Origin: Octopus vulgaris
Taxonomy: Eukaryota
Assembly (NCBI GenBank): GCA_951406725.2
Contig: OX597823.1
Location: forward strand, 4,030,001 to 4,094,000
Direction: 5' to 3'
Length of the DNA stretch: 64,000 nt
Positions 26,538-39,477 of the stretch are shown piece by piece. Below the pieces are notes generated by a model, which saw nothing but the letters and a program-made list of their open reading frames with translations, was not told the DNA's origin and ran no database searches. The position numbers and the translations under genes were made by a program. Each line of letters starts with the position of its first letter. Position 1 is the stretch's first letter.

Positions 26538-27476
26538 TTTTTAAAATAAGTACCACTAACTGAAATAACAAGCTAGTTACTAACCACATGCTTATGCTAC
26601 AGTACTGCAACCATGGTGCTGTGACCTTAGGGAAACAATGTGATCATGCTTCTTGTTTTATTTGTTTGATGAACAAAACAGGTTCTACTTGAGTTTCATG
26701 GTTGACTGAAATAATAGCAAGGTTATCCAGCTGTAAAGACCATAGCACCAGTCTCTCATGGGAAAATGGAAGTGAAACAACGAAGAAGATATGCCTAATT
26801 AACTCAAATCTCTCAGCGAAATTGGCCTTCTGCCTTGTTAAAAGAAATCAATAATTATGTTGGTAAAAATTAGTCATCACAATGGTTTCTTTACTTGATT
26901 GCATCTCTTTTAACTTCTTTTCCTTGAGGACTGGATAAGAAGGGATGGTGGTACCTATTGTAGAGAGAAGGTCAATTGGTTCAAATTAAATGTCTAAAGT
27001 TAGGAATATCAAGGAAAAATTCTAATATCTCTTGAAGCAGAATATCATATTTTAATTAGTATCATCTTTGAGTTATCATCAAAGAGATGGGTTGGGGGAA
27101 TTCTGGATATTCCTGAAAAATTAAGTAAAAATAATTAAGATTCTTAATTTCCAAGAATTGTTTTCTTTCTTTGCTGATTGAACTAAAGGAATAAAGTGAT
27201 TGGTGGCAAGCGAAAACTTTGAATTACAGACGGATCAATGTTTCCTTTTAATCGCTTAGCTTAATTATGTGCCTATCTGTCTTGGGTTAGGGTAGCTTCC
27301 ATTCTTAGCCTCACAGTTTTGTGATTAACAGCAGAAAGGATATCTAACCGGGAATTTGTCCAATATAGTTGAAATATCTGAATTTACAAAAGCCGTCCAT
27401 CTGTGTCAGCTGGAAGAAATAGGGGGAGAAAAAAAATGAAGCGACAAATGTAGAGAGTTAGTAGCTTTGAGTTTAA

Positions 27477-27707
27477 TTAACCCTTTGGCATTCAAATTAT
27501 TCTGTCAAATGTAATGCTTATTTATTCACACAGTTTTGAATTAATCATGGATTATCTCATGGCTTTGAGTTTCCAATGATGTTTATAGGGTATTTTTTGA
27601 ATGATATTGCAGAGTAGGTGTGAGGGGCCAGGACTAGCTGGTTTGAACACGAAACAAGTAGAATATTTGGGCTGGTTGGTTCTGGTTGGTTTAAATGCTA
27701 AAGGTAA
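27477..27707. mobile_element. piggyBac-like MITE (TTAA|CCCTTT...AAAGGG|TTAA family 1)
   Basis: Ends ttaaccctttggcatt / aatgctaaaggt. Homologous copies at about 1325-1546, 32778-32996 and 56345-56473. Confidence 0.65.
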
Positions 27708-28919
27708 TAAATTACTAATGTGGTCAGGAGTTCCAGTCTTACTTGTCACTCGGTGGTGTCTTCGGGGGTGGGGGACCATTACACTACTTTATTTTGTAAA
27801 TAATAAGTGAAACAGATTCCTTTTTGTGGATGAATAATTAAACGTAAGACAGCCATTGAATTGAAATATTTCATGCTTCAACAAGATTCAGATATGTCTA
27901 AGTTTATAAATGCTCCTCTTCGTTCTTGCATGCTTCAGAAAATGAATGTAAAATCTGTAGAAAAGCCTTCCATTGAAGGAGAAAGAAAAACCATTAGATT
28001 AAGAGGACACACATGGAAGACTAAGCTCAGTCACAGAAGGGTTTTAAATGTCTTGTCCAGAAGCTTATTGTGTCTGACTCTCTGGTTTATAATGACAAAT
28101 GTTTGCCACAACTAAATCATATCATTTTTGAGAAGAAAAGTCTTTTTTTTACATTTTTCTCACTAGTAGATTGTTGAATTGAATTTCAAAACAATCAGTG
28201 TGTTTGTTTACACCTGTATTCCCTTATATGAAAGCTAGGACATTTGAGCAGTGTTGTTGTTGGCATTTCTGTCAATAAATCATCTGCATGTTTTTATGCT
28301 CTGAAAGCTGTGAGGAACAAGATATCCCTTGCTTGTAATACAAGTAAGTGTTAGTGTCAAAAAAATGATCTGGCTGTAAAACGATACTTTAATATAACAT
28401 ATTCATTTAACCCATGCAGACATTTGAAAACAGATGTAAAAACAAATAAGATATAACTAAAATAATGGTACACCTTTGTCATTTTGTGTTTAAGGAAAAT
28501 AACTGAACACACTTTAAAGGAATTTGATTTATTGTCTGTAAGAGAGTATTTCTGGCCTTGCTCTAAGGCAATTTTCGATTTACATTCTCTGAGCAGTCAT
28601 AAAGAATGCAATTTCATTCTAGTTGGGCCTTTTTAATCTTCGGTTCTAGAAGGAGATGAAATTACAAGAAACTTTACTGGAAATATTTGCAGTAAACCAG
28701 TTCAACTGTCATAGAAATATTGGTTTCAAATTTTTGTCACAAGGCTTGTAAGTTTGAGGTGAGGGGGTAAATCAATTACATTGACCCCCAAAGGATGAAA
28801 GGTGAAGTTGACCTCAGCAGAATTTGAACTCAGTACATAAAGATGAAAGAAATGCCTCTAAGCATTTTGCCGAGCGTGTTAATGATTCTGCTACTTGCTG
28901 CCTTAAACTCTTTTTATGC

Positions 28920-29434
28920 GCCCTTTTCAAGCCTAGCCAGGCTCATGGGCCCAGTTTCTGTGGCGTATGTGTTCCCCCCAGCTGGACAGGATGCCAGTCC
29001 ATCGCAGCGTTACTCAAGAAACAGGGTGAAAGAGCACAATAGGGGTTGCCACCACCCCCTGCCGGAGCCTCATGGAGCTTTTAGGTGTTTTCGCTCAATA
29101 CACACAACACCTGGTCTGGGAATCGAAATCATGATCCTCCGACCATGTGTCCACTGCCCTAACCAGTGGGCCATTGTGCCTCCACATGCACCTTTTTAAA
29201 ACCTAGCCAGGCTCATGGGACCAGTTTCCCAGTTTCGATGGCGTATGTGTTCCCCAGCTGGACGGGAAGCCAGACAATCGCAGCGTTACTCATTTTTGCC
29301 TGCTGAGTGGACTGGAGCAACGTGAAATGAAGTGTTTTGCTCAAGAACACAACACGTCGCCCGGTCCAGGAATCGAAACCGCAATCTTACGATCATGATG
29401 TCGACACCCTAACCGCTAAACCATGTGCCTCCAC
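28920..29434 (-). mobile_element. Two head-to-tail tRNA-derived SINEs sharing a 3' module
   Basis: tRNA-like heads near 29185 and 29434 (tggttaggg...tttcgattcc). Shared 3' part gagtaacgctgcgat...ccagctgggg...catgagcctggctagg. Confidence 0.75.
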
Positions 29435-30846
29435 TAAACTATCTTAGAAATATTAATTAGTTTTGACAGATGGCATCGGTAGATGTTATATTGTGTTTAA
29501 GCACTACAATACCTTGGCTAACTGGAAGAAATTTAGAAATTCTGCTGTTTGGAATGGAATTTTTCTGGTATGTAAAAAGCAGACATAATATTTCAGTCCA
29601 TTGAGGTAAAATATTTCAACCTTGGGGTATGTTGTTGATTGTGGTGCTGAAGTTCATGAAGTGAGACTAAAAGGGTAAGTTGGGTTGGAAGAATTGGCAG
29701 AAAAGAGAGAGTTTAATGGGTGTTAAAATAGGCTGTGGAATTCCTCAAAGGAAAGATTGAAAGCTACTTTAGAAGAGATGAGATTACTGAAAGTTAACTA
29801 AGATCTGAGACAGGTGAGAAATAGTGAAAAGAAACTACTAAGGAAATCCAGGTAATGTATACATACATGGATGCCCCACCCCATTCCCCCAAAGAAAAAA
29901 CAAAACAAAACTACCACATTTTACATGTTGACAAACATTTCAACAGCAGAATGCATAGGTTTAAACTAGGATGATAAGCTTCTTGAAGGCATGCTTATCA
30001 TCTGTGTAATTTCACTTGCACCACCACAAGGGCCATGTAAAATATGGGAGGTTTTTCTGCTGCATCTTGTACAACCCTGACTGTAGATTTTATTCTTTAA
30101 TTCGCATCTTCCTATTAGTCTAACATTCTTCGTGGAATCGGTGAACTTTTTGAGAAAGCTTCGCCAAAGGGCTATATGTAACTAGGTTGTGAAGGTGTCT
30201 ACCAAAGTGTCAACACTGATATTTATGCCAGCATAAATGTTCTTGCTTAAAGACTTTCCACTTTTCATGGCCACCCTGTTGGGAAAAGTGCACTTGATAA
30301 AATGATCAGTTATACATACTGCTTCTTGTGTAGAGCTTTAACATCTTAGAATACCATTTTACATCATTTTGATATGCTGAGTTGAAATACTCACCTGGGC
30401 AGGAGCATTCACTGATCTGTTTCTATCCTGACATGGGGAGATTTCTCTCACCTGCTTATACATTAAAATGAACTGTAAGGCTCCAACACACCTTACATAG
30501 TATGTTGATATATTTATTGAAGACAGTTGATTTATGCAAGAATTTCTGGTAGCCCTGGGCCAATCAAAGCCTTATAAGATTATGTGTGTGTGTTTGTTGG
30601 TGATACATTGGGAAAATAGAACTTGAGACATGAGAATACATATACTTTTTATTAATAATTGGGGAAGTTACAGTCTGACTCAAGATTGACCCATGCTGGA
30701 GCAAATGATTTGTCCATTTACTGAGCTCTTGGCTCTTGAGTCACTTTGTAACTTCTGCTGATTTAATAATGTGTGTATAATACATGCATTATCAAATCTT
30801 AATCTTAGTATGACTAACCATTAAGCCCCTGAATGTTATTCTAGGT

Positions 30847-31132
30847 CAGTGGATCTCAACCAGGATCCATATGGTCTATGAGGGACATATAAGATTATTG
30901 AGGTCCACAATAGTATTTTAAGGGCTCCTGAAAAATTTTGTTTTAGATGTATGTATTGTAAGAAACGGGTTTCTTTCTACGTAGTTCAACCTACACAGGG
31001 GAATGTGTGAAAAACAAAATAGGAATTTTGAAAGAGGTTTCTATAAAACTAGTTTTGAATGGCTATAGGGGTCCACCAGAATAAAATAGAAATCAAAGGG
31101 GTCCATGGATAAAAAAGGGTTAAGAACCCCTG
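30847..31132. mobile_element. hAT-like MITE (copy of 59271-59586)
   Basis: TIR-like ends cagtggatctcaacc / gggttaagaacccctg. Internal homology to 59271-59586. Confidence 0.65.
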
Positions 31133-31477
31133 GTCTCTGTCAACTGAACCATCCCTACATATTCTTTCTTTTGCGTTTGGTGTGTTCCCCACCTCCTCCC
31201 TATCAGCCATTATTTGATATTTTCAAGTGAAACACTTTAAAACATGTTATGGTGTTTGGTGTCTGTGCTTCAGTAATCTTTAATCAGATGATGGTACGAT
31301 TTGTTTCGTTTTAGTTTCACTGATTATTTCTTAATATTTATTAAGTGGAGTTTTGTTAAGGTCTTAATCCAAATCAGAAATTGTATTGTTTTCTTGTCTA
31401 TTTTTTAAGTGTGCAGTTAATCTCTGATTTTAAGTTTGTTTTTATTTTGTGTGTGGGTGAATGTGTAGGGTCGTTTT

Positions 31478-31521
<44 letters not shown>

Positions 31522-31974
31522 CGTGTAAAGTTCATAAGCTTAATCTTCTTCATTAGATAATCTCTTGATAAGCTTTAAAAAAACCAGGTGAACTATACTA
31601 CACTTTGATTTCATCATGAAATAAATACCCCTCCTCCCCAAATTTGTCTGTTTTTATTTCCATATAATTTCTCATTCTTTAATAATAACATAATAAAAGT
31701 TATCCTAGTCTTGTATTAATTTTGTTTGTGGCCATCAATAGTTTTCTTGTTTTCTTTGTTCACAAATCATTGTTGAACAAAATTAAAATTTTTCTTGTTT
31801 AACTGTAAGCAATCAGTGCTGAAAATTATAAACTTTGCTCATTAAAAATTAGTATTTTGTGTGAAAGCAACTATTTTGTATAAATGTTTGAAGAGAAATT
31901 CCTCGCTCAACTTTTAACATTGAAACTTTCAAAGTTGTGTATCTTAATCTGTGTAAACTATTGTTGGCTTCAGT

Positions 31975-32212
31975 TACCATGACGATTGTGATCCTCATAA
32001 CTAGCTTCATCATAATCACCATCATTGTTGTCATCATTATCATCATCACAACTGTCATAATTATCTTTGCTTTTGTCATCTTTGTTATGATTGTCATCAT
32101 TATCCTTATAAAGTCTCATAATTATCATTGTCATAATCTTCGTTACTATAATCATCATCATTGTCATAATGATCATTACTCTCATCATTATCAGAATCGT
32201 CATTATCATTGG
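31975..32212. repeat. Degenerate (TCA/TTA)n trinucleotide tract
   Basis: catcattatcatcatcac... array, the source of the I/M-rich ORFs. Confidence 0.85.
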
Positions 32213-33800
32213 TTTATGTTCCTTCTCCTTTGACAGAATCCTTTCAGAGAGTCTGTTATTCTAAGTGATGGCTCTTCCTTTGGGTTTGGTTCTTTTGTAA
32301 CTTCAATATTGGTAGGGTCTTAACCTAGTCCTGTTTCACCCAGCAAGACATGATAAAATATTTAGATCTTCTAACAACTATTTGTGCCAAAATAGCCTGG
32401 CATCTGCCAAAATAAATTGATCTTGTCAATAATGAAAGAATAAAAGGTTTAGTGGTATTGATCAAGAGAAGGTGGCAACCAGCAGACCCTCTAAGGTCTC
32501 TGAACATTGGCCAAAACAGTTAACTATTCCTATTTTCTCAGTGTAGTACAATCATAGCCAAAACACTTAACACTGTCTGCTCAGTCTACTTCGCTGTTTA
32601 TAGATAAGTATTATTAACCATTATAAAAGCCAGGCACACCGTATAAAATTGAGAATTCTTCTATGGTTAAAACAATAGTGATTTCTTATTAGAGACAAAT
32701 GTTAGTATTTCTGGAGATCTTTTTGTTTTTAAAGCCATGAGGAAATGCAGAACAAATCTTTCGTTAGCTGTGCCAGATTAACCCGTTAGCATTCAGATTA
32801 AATGTAATGCTTATTTATTTATATTGTTTTGATTTAGTCATATTATCTTGTAGCTTTGAGATTTCAGTCAAGGATGTGATGGAGGGTCCCCCCAAGAGTG
32901 ACATTGTATGGTTTATGTGAGAGGCTGATTCTGGCCAGTTTGATCAGGAAAAATATTTGGGCTGAATATAGCCAGCTTTAAATGCTAAAGAGTTAAAGGA
33001 AAAGATCTGGTTGCAGGCAAAAATGGCAATATCATTTCAGGTGTTGAAATTCTTGTTTCATCTCTTTCTTTTGACATGTATTTTTCCCCCTCAGACATTA
33101 AAAAAAAAGTTTAATTTCTTAACTCCCACATGTGTCAAAATGAAGCCATGCATCTTGCATCTGATTGCTGTTGCACTTGAAATTTCATTTCTGTTGTTGA
33201 CCCTAACAACACCCCTTTTCAGAAAGTAAACTTTATATACATATCATCATCATCATCACATCCACTTTCCATGTTTGCATGAATCAGACAGAATTTGTTG
33301 AGAGAGATTTCCTATGGCTGGAGGCTCTTCTTGTTGCCAACCCTCAGCTGTTTCCAAGCAAGGTAAAATACTACCCCTTTTGTGTAGACTGGTAACAAAC
33401 AACATTGCTTATAAGATGGTGATACTCATTTACAACCATCCCATGATATCAAGATAAAGGCATATTCAAATACACACATATATATTGTACCTTCTTAAAA
33501 ACGAGTAAGAATTGGTTAGAAGAAGGGCATCTGAGTGTAGAAAATGTCTCAAAATTCTATGTGGGCATGGAAAAGTGGATGTTAGTGATTTTAGATATAT
33601 ATATTAGAAGAAATGAGGTACTCAGAAATTCGGATGGTTTTATATTTACGGGTATTTATTTGTATATTACATGTTTTTATATATTATATATCATATGTTA
33701 GCGCTTTAGTTGTCCTGTGGTTATAGTAGAGGGTATTTGCACCCAGCTACCACAATGGAACTGAACCCAAAACCATATGGGTTGGGATCTAGCATCTTAA

Positions 33801-33837
<37 letters not shown>

Positions 33838-35644
33838 AAATATATGCATGTATGTATTTGTAATCAGTCTGTTAAAATGTGAGTGTCACCTTTATAAACC
33901 TGGGAACCTTGAGTGAAAGTGTTTACAAATCTGCCAGCAACAAGGCCTGGTATTTACGTTTCCTGTAAATGTGTAAATCTTAATAGTTTTTAGCTTTCAG
34001 CACTTAGCATCATGGCCACTTGAACCAAAAAGAAAAAAAAAAAAAAATTCAAGTGTCTGTAAATAAATAGAAGCATCAAGATCTTTCCACTTCACGACCA
34101 TCTTGTCTCTAAACCAATTTTTCTTTTCTCAAAAATCATTTAAGTGATTCTGAGAAATTTTAAAGTAAATCTTTACATTTGTACTAAGGTATTCTGTGAG
34201 AAGTTAACCTTAACTGGAACAAGATTTTAGTTTTATGTAAATCTTGAGGAGATCACCTGATAGAAATTGCACTGGGATTAAACTCAAGTTGTATAATTCC
34301 TTTTTGGGATGATAAAAGCCATAAACTCTTAAGGGTTAACCATGTGTCCTCTTGTAACTTTGAGATTACAATATAGGATGTGATTGTTTTTTCTTTGTAG
34401 CTGGAAAGTGAAAGACACGATTTGTGTGTGTTAGGACGTGCATGGTTATGTGTGTTTGCTTACATCTGCAATCACTTGTGCAAAAGTGCAACATGCAGTG
34501 TTGTCAGTGACTCCGGCACTGTTCCTTTAGAGCCAGGTGGAATAATTGACCCCTTGAAAAACATCAATTTTTGTGTTAGGAAGGGCATCTGGCTATGAAG
34601 TGATGTCTCAAATTAACATATTTGTCTAACCCATGCAAGCATGGTAAAATGGACATAAAACGAACACATGAAGGAAAGAACAAACATATCTTTCCTTTCA
34701 CATTGAACCACCGTTTTTTTGTGAATGTTTGAACAATATCACAAGCTGTGTCTTCTGTAGAAGCTATTTCCTACTCTATAAAAATCTCTACAGAAAAGTA
34801 AATGTGTTCTGAGATGGAAATTAAAAAAAAAAGGGATTCTTTCAACAGCAGCTCTTCATTATTTTTTCTGTCAGTCCACTTTTCAGCATCCTTTCCTGTA
34901 GTTAACATTATTACAAAATTCTGAAACTGGCCACCTGGTTTTAAGCTGAGTTCTCACACCTTGGAACTGACCAGCTGCTCTTATTACACAACAAGCTTCA
35001 GATTTCACATGTAAATTTAGCCCCCCCCCCCCCAAAGAAAAAAAACTATATTCTTTCTGTGATGCTGACTTACCAGTTTCTTCCCTGCCATTCTCAAACC
35101 TGGATATTCTTCCTTTTGATCTAAAAGTACATGAACATTACTAAATCGGTAATTCTTAAATATTGCCTTAATTGTTTTATCTTTTGTTGGTCACTAGGTT
35201 GTGACCATGCTGGGGCACAACCTTAACCTTTTAGTCAAACGAATTGACTCAGGAACTTATTTTTTTGTTTTTAAGACTGGTACATTCTATCAATCTCTTT
35301 TGCCAAACTGCAACATTATGAGAATGTAAACACACCAACACTGGTTATTGAGCAGTTGTAGGACACACACACACACATGCTCTCACATGACAGGCTTCTT
35401 TCAGTTTCCCTCTAATGCACTCACAAGGCTTTGGTTGATCTGAGCTTCTAGTAGAAGACACTTTCCCAAGGTGCCATGCAGTGGGATGGAACCCAGAACT
35501 ATGTGGTTGGGAAGCAAGCTTCTTACCACACAGCCACACCTGCATAAAAACAAAAGATAAAAATCTAATAAGCAAAACACAACCTTCAACCCATTCAAAG
35601 AACGTTTTTGTTGTTGTTGTTCATATCTTATTTATTTATTCCTA

Positions 35645-35997
35645 TATTTACTTTTTTATTCTTTTACTTGTTTCAGTCATTTGACTGTAGCCATGCTGGA
35701 GCACCGCCTTTAGTTGAGCAAATCAACTTCTAGTACTTATTCTATCGGTCTTTTTTGCTGAACCGCTATATTACAGGGATGTAAACACACCAGCATCGGT
35801 TGTCAAGCGATGTTGGAGGGACAAACATATACATATATATATATATATATGACGGGCTTCTTTCAGTTTTTGTCTACCAGATCCACTCACAAGGCTTTGG
35901 TTGGCCTGAGGCTATAGTAGAAGATACTTGCCCAAGGTTCCACGCAGTGGGACTGAACCTGGAACCATGTGGTTGGTAAGCAAGCTACTTACCACAC
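35645..35997 (-). mobile_element. Composite tRNA-derived SINE (family B), near full length
   Basis: Minus strand: gtggtaagtagcttgcttaccaaccacatggttccaggttcagtcccactgcgtggaaccttgggcaagt..., (TA)n linker, second module ending ...ccagcatggctacagtcaaatgactgaaacaagtaaaagaataaaa. More than 15 copies in the window (e.g. 40514-40890, 46458-46780, 49015-49395, 63615-63750). Confidence 0.85.
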
Positions 35998-36811
35998 TTT
36001 TTTGATTAATCTCCCTTCCTTGACAAAACATATTTAATGTCAAAAAAAAAAAAAAAACTGAATTTCTCAACCTTAGAATTCTTTATTCATAAATCCTTTT
36101 GTATTCTCTTTTTGGTCCCATTGTGATATAGACAAGATAGTTTTGTGAATTTGAAGTTTGCCGTAGCACTGGGGTGTTCTTATAATTGGGTGCTCTTCCT
36201 AGTGATAATCGCCCAACCGTGGAGGACGAGTATCTTTTAATCAACAAAGAAAACAGACCAATCTAGTCGTTCTATTCTATAGCCACAATGCAATGACTGT
36301 GGCATTCATTCAGCTCTTAATCTTTTACTTAGCAAAATACAGGCCAATTTTGTTTTCAAATATTCATGATCATAACCACTCGTTTATGTACTGGGGTGTA
36401 TACATAAAAAGATAAAGGAAACTGGCTCTCTCTTGGTTACGACAATGACGAGGGTTCCAGTTGATCCAATCAATGGAACAGCCTGCTTGTGAAATTAACG
36501 TGCAAGTGGCTGAGTACTCCACAGACATGCGTACCCTAAATGTAGTTCTCAGGGAGATTCAGCAAGAAATAGAATGTGACATGGCTGCTCCTTTGAAATA
36601 CTGGTCCAACTCATTTTTACCAGGCTGGAGCAATGTAAAATAAAGTATCTTGCTAAAGGACACAACACACCTGCCAGAAATTGAACTCTTGACCCTATGA
36701 TCATGAACCAGATATCCTACCCACTCAGCTACATGCCTTTACAATGAATTAAAATGGAGACTGTATAGTTTAACAGAAATTTGGTAATGAAAAGATGGAA
36801 TGACGTTACTC

Positions 36812-37036
36812 TTAACCTTTTCATTACCAACCCGGCTGAAACCGGTTCTGCAGTACAAATGTCTTGTTTTCATAAGTTTTGAATTTGAATCCTCCACCAA
36901 ACCTTACTCACAATTAATGTTCGTGGCACTAGCTTAATGATAACTAAGTTATTTTGCTAAATTCTTTGTTATATCTAAAATTAATTGAGAGAAACACAGA
37001 GCATCTCAACAGAAATAACAGCAATGAAAGAATTAA
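36812..37036. mobile_element. piggyBac-like MITE family 2
   Basis: ttaaccttttcattacc ... gcaatgaaagaattaa. Related copies at about 8265-8468, 38250-38445, 38584-39112 and 58323-58994. Confidence 0.6.
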
Positions 37037-38640
37037 TTAGCTTTTTGCATTTCTTTTTTCAACCTAGTCATTTACTTTGGTTTGGTTTAAGTTAAATTTA
37101 TTGATTGAGTGGGACTCTTTTTCACACACAGCATCCCACTGTTGTTTGTTTTCTCTTCTACATCATCACACCACAGTCATATACCTACATTGGTACACAG
37201 GACTTTACTACTATCTTTATTTAGTGAGTAAACTCGCTCTTATCAGATACATTACATGTTTTTGAACAAATACTTGATTAACACATGACTGTCATTGTAA
37301 ATAGTAGTTTGTTATGTTTTAATTATATTAATTACATCATAGACTTAACGACTTAAAATTAGTTCAGACTTTTATAGATTTTTCATTAACTCTGTAGCAA
37401 ATGTGCATAATACTCTCACTCCTGTTTCTTTTATTCTTACAAAATGGATTGTGTTCTTGCGTTGTTCCTTTTGTCACATCTTGATTCCATTTTACCATCT
37501 GCCTGCCAACTCTAAAATATAAAATAAACTCTTGCAGTCTTTTACACGTTGTTCTTCAAAGCATTTCCTGTTAACTAGTCTTTCTATCATTACTATCTCT
37601 CCTATCTATAACTTCTATCTCTGGGTTTAGCTGTTTTTATATTTTCTTATCTTTCTTCGCTACTGAATTTCTTCCCATGTTTTTCACTCTATTAAAAAAA
37701 ACCATGGAGCTTATGTCTTGCAGAGTAAGTTCTAAATATATACACGAAATAAGCTTTCATTTCTTATTTCCTTGAATTTTTAAATCTATTTTCTTGCACT
37801 GTACTGAGACAAGGTTCCAGTTTGTGAAGTTTGTTATTCTTTTAATTTAGGTTTTGACTATTTTTCTTTAGAATCTCACCATAAACTGAAACAAAAAGCT
37901 TGCTTATTAATTTATACAAGTTGCCTTTTGTAGACTGCTCACACTCTTTTCCTCCAATCTAAAAGGAAGGAACAAACGGTCCATTTATAACCTCATTCCT
38001 GACATGAAAGTAATATCTCGCTGGCATAGCATTGCCGGACAGTCAGGCTAGTCAAATAATCTTATATTTGTACTAATTAATAGAAAACATATGGGATGTG
38101 GGTGACATGAAAGAAGCCCTTGAATTTGTTTTTTTCTGTAAGTTTTTTTTTTACAAATCTGTTCATGTTTTTATCTGACCTATTGGGAAATAAACCTTGA
38201 TATGAAAAGCATTTGAAATGATGTGTTTGTAGGTTACTGAATCAAAGTACTAATCTCTTTTGATACCAACCCACCTGGGACCATCCTTGATTCTATGATA
38301 CTAATTCCATTTTTTAAAGGGATCTACAAACCTTTCATCAAAATTTCATGCTTATGTTCTAAACACCAGCTTAATAAGAGCAAAATTATTTTGATTTTTT
38401 TTTTCTTCAAAAGTAACTGAAAAAATACTGTAACAAAATGGTTAAAATATTGTGTGAATATAAAAATCTAAGTGATTGCAGTGTGAAAGATTACACTGAA
38501 TGAAAAAAAGTTCTGTTGTAAAAGAGTGAAAAGTTCATCTCTGCAAGTTTTATTAAAGAAATATTTTATCTTTAGATTAGGGGTTAACTCTTTTAAATAC
38601 AAATCCACTTGATATTATGATACAAACTGTTTTAAATTAG

Positions 38641-38967
38641 AATGGTTGTATACTGTCAATTTAACGTGACAGTAGGGGATTACACCACCGCTGTTTAGCC
38701 CTAGGAAGCATCAACGCCTCCTGATGGCTTCGACAATTTTTTTCCTGTGTCCTTGTATATTTACGAAGGGTATTTATCTCCCCTTCGTAAATATATAAGG
38801 ACACAGGAAAAAAAAAATGTGTCGAAGCCATCAGGAGGCGTCGATGCTTCCTAGGGCTAAACAGCGGTGGTGTAATCCCCTACTGTCACGTTAAATTGAC
38901 AGTATACAACCATTCTATCGCCCCCACCACCGTACATATCTCTGAGATATTTAGAAATTTAATATTT
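38641..38967. mobile_element. Young foldback insertion with a 14-bp target-site duplication
   Basis: Arms 38638-38770 / 38781-38917, loop tatttatctc. Direct repeat ctgttttaaattag at 38627-38640 and 38968-38981. Splits a family-2 MITE. Confidence 0.8.
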
Positions 38968-39434
38968 CTGTTTTAAATTAGTCTTCCGTCAAAAATTAGG
39001 AATAATTTAAGTTTCTAACACCAGCTTAACAATGACAGTTCTCTTAAATTCTTCATTTTCAAAATCAACTGAAACAAAGCAATGTATTTCAAAAGAAATA
39101 CAAAATGGTTAATGTTGGTATATTTTTAAAACTGTCTGTTGCATAAGAGTTATATATATTATCAAATATCCCATATTACAAATTCATTAGAACCTATAAC
39201 TTTAAACCTCCCAGACAAATGTCACCCTCATTACTAATGTAATTTAATTAATGAAATTGCATTCCCAGTTGCTCAGTCAGTTGGTATATTTAAAAAAAAC
39301 CAAACAAACAATAAAATAAGATCAATGCATTCTTTTATATTTCACAGAAATCAATCGATTGAATTAAATCGAGGTTAAAATAACTTGTCAAAGAGTTTCT
39401 TTGTTCGTAGATCAATGATGTGTTGACTTACAAG

Positions 39435-39436
<2 letters not shown>

Positions 39437-39476
<40 letters not shown>
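39437..39476. repeat. (TGC)13 trinucleotide microsatellite
   Basis: Uninterrupted tgc repeats in intronic sequence. Confidence 0.95.

Positions 39477-39477
<1 letters not shown>

Noticed and set aside
30100-30285. Possible Tc1/mariner terminus (acttttcatggccaccctgt)
   Set aside because: No matching second TIR or transposase remnant was identified.
36167-36190. ag|CACTGGGGT... (HWG) as an alternative microexon candidate
   Set aside because: No convincing in-frame donor and a poor peptide match beyond HW.
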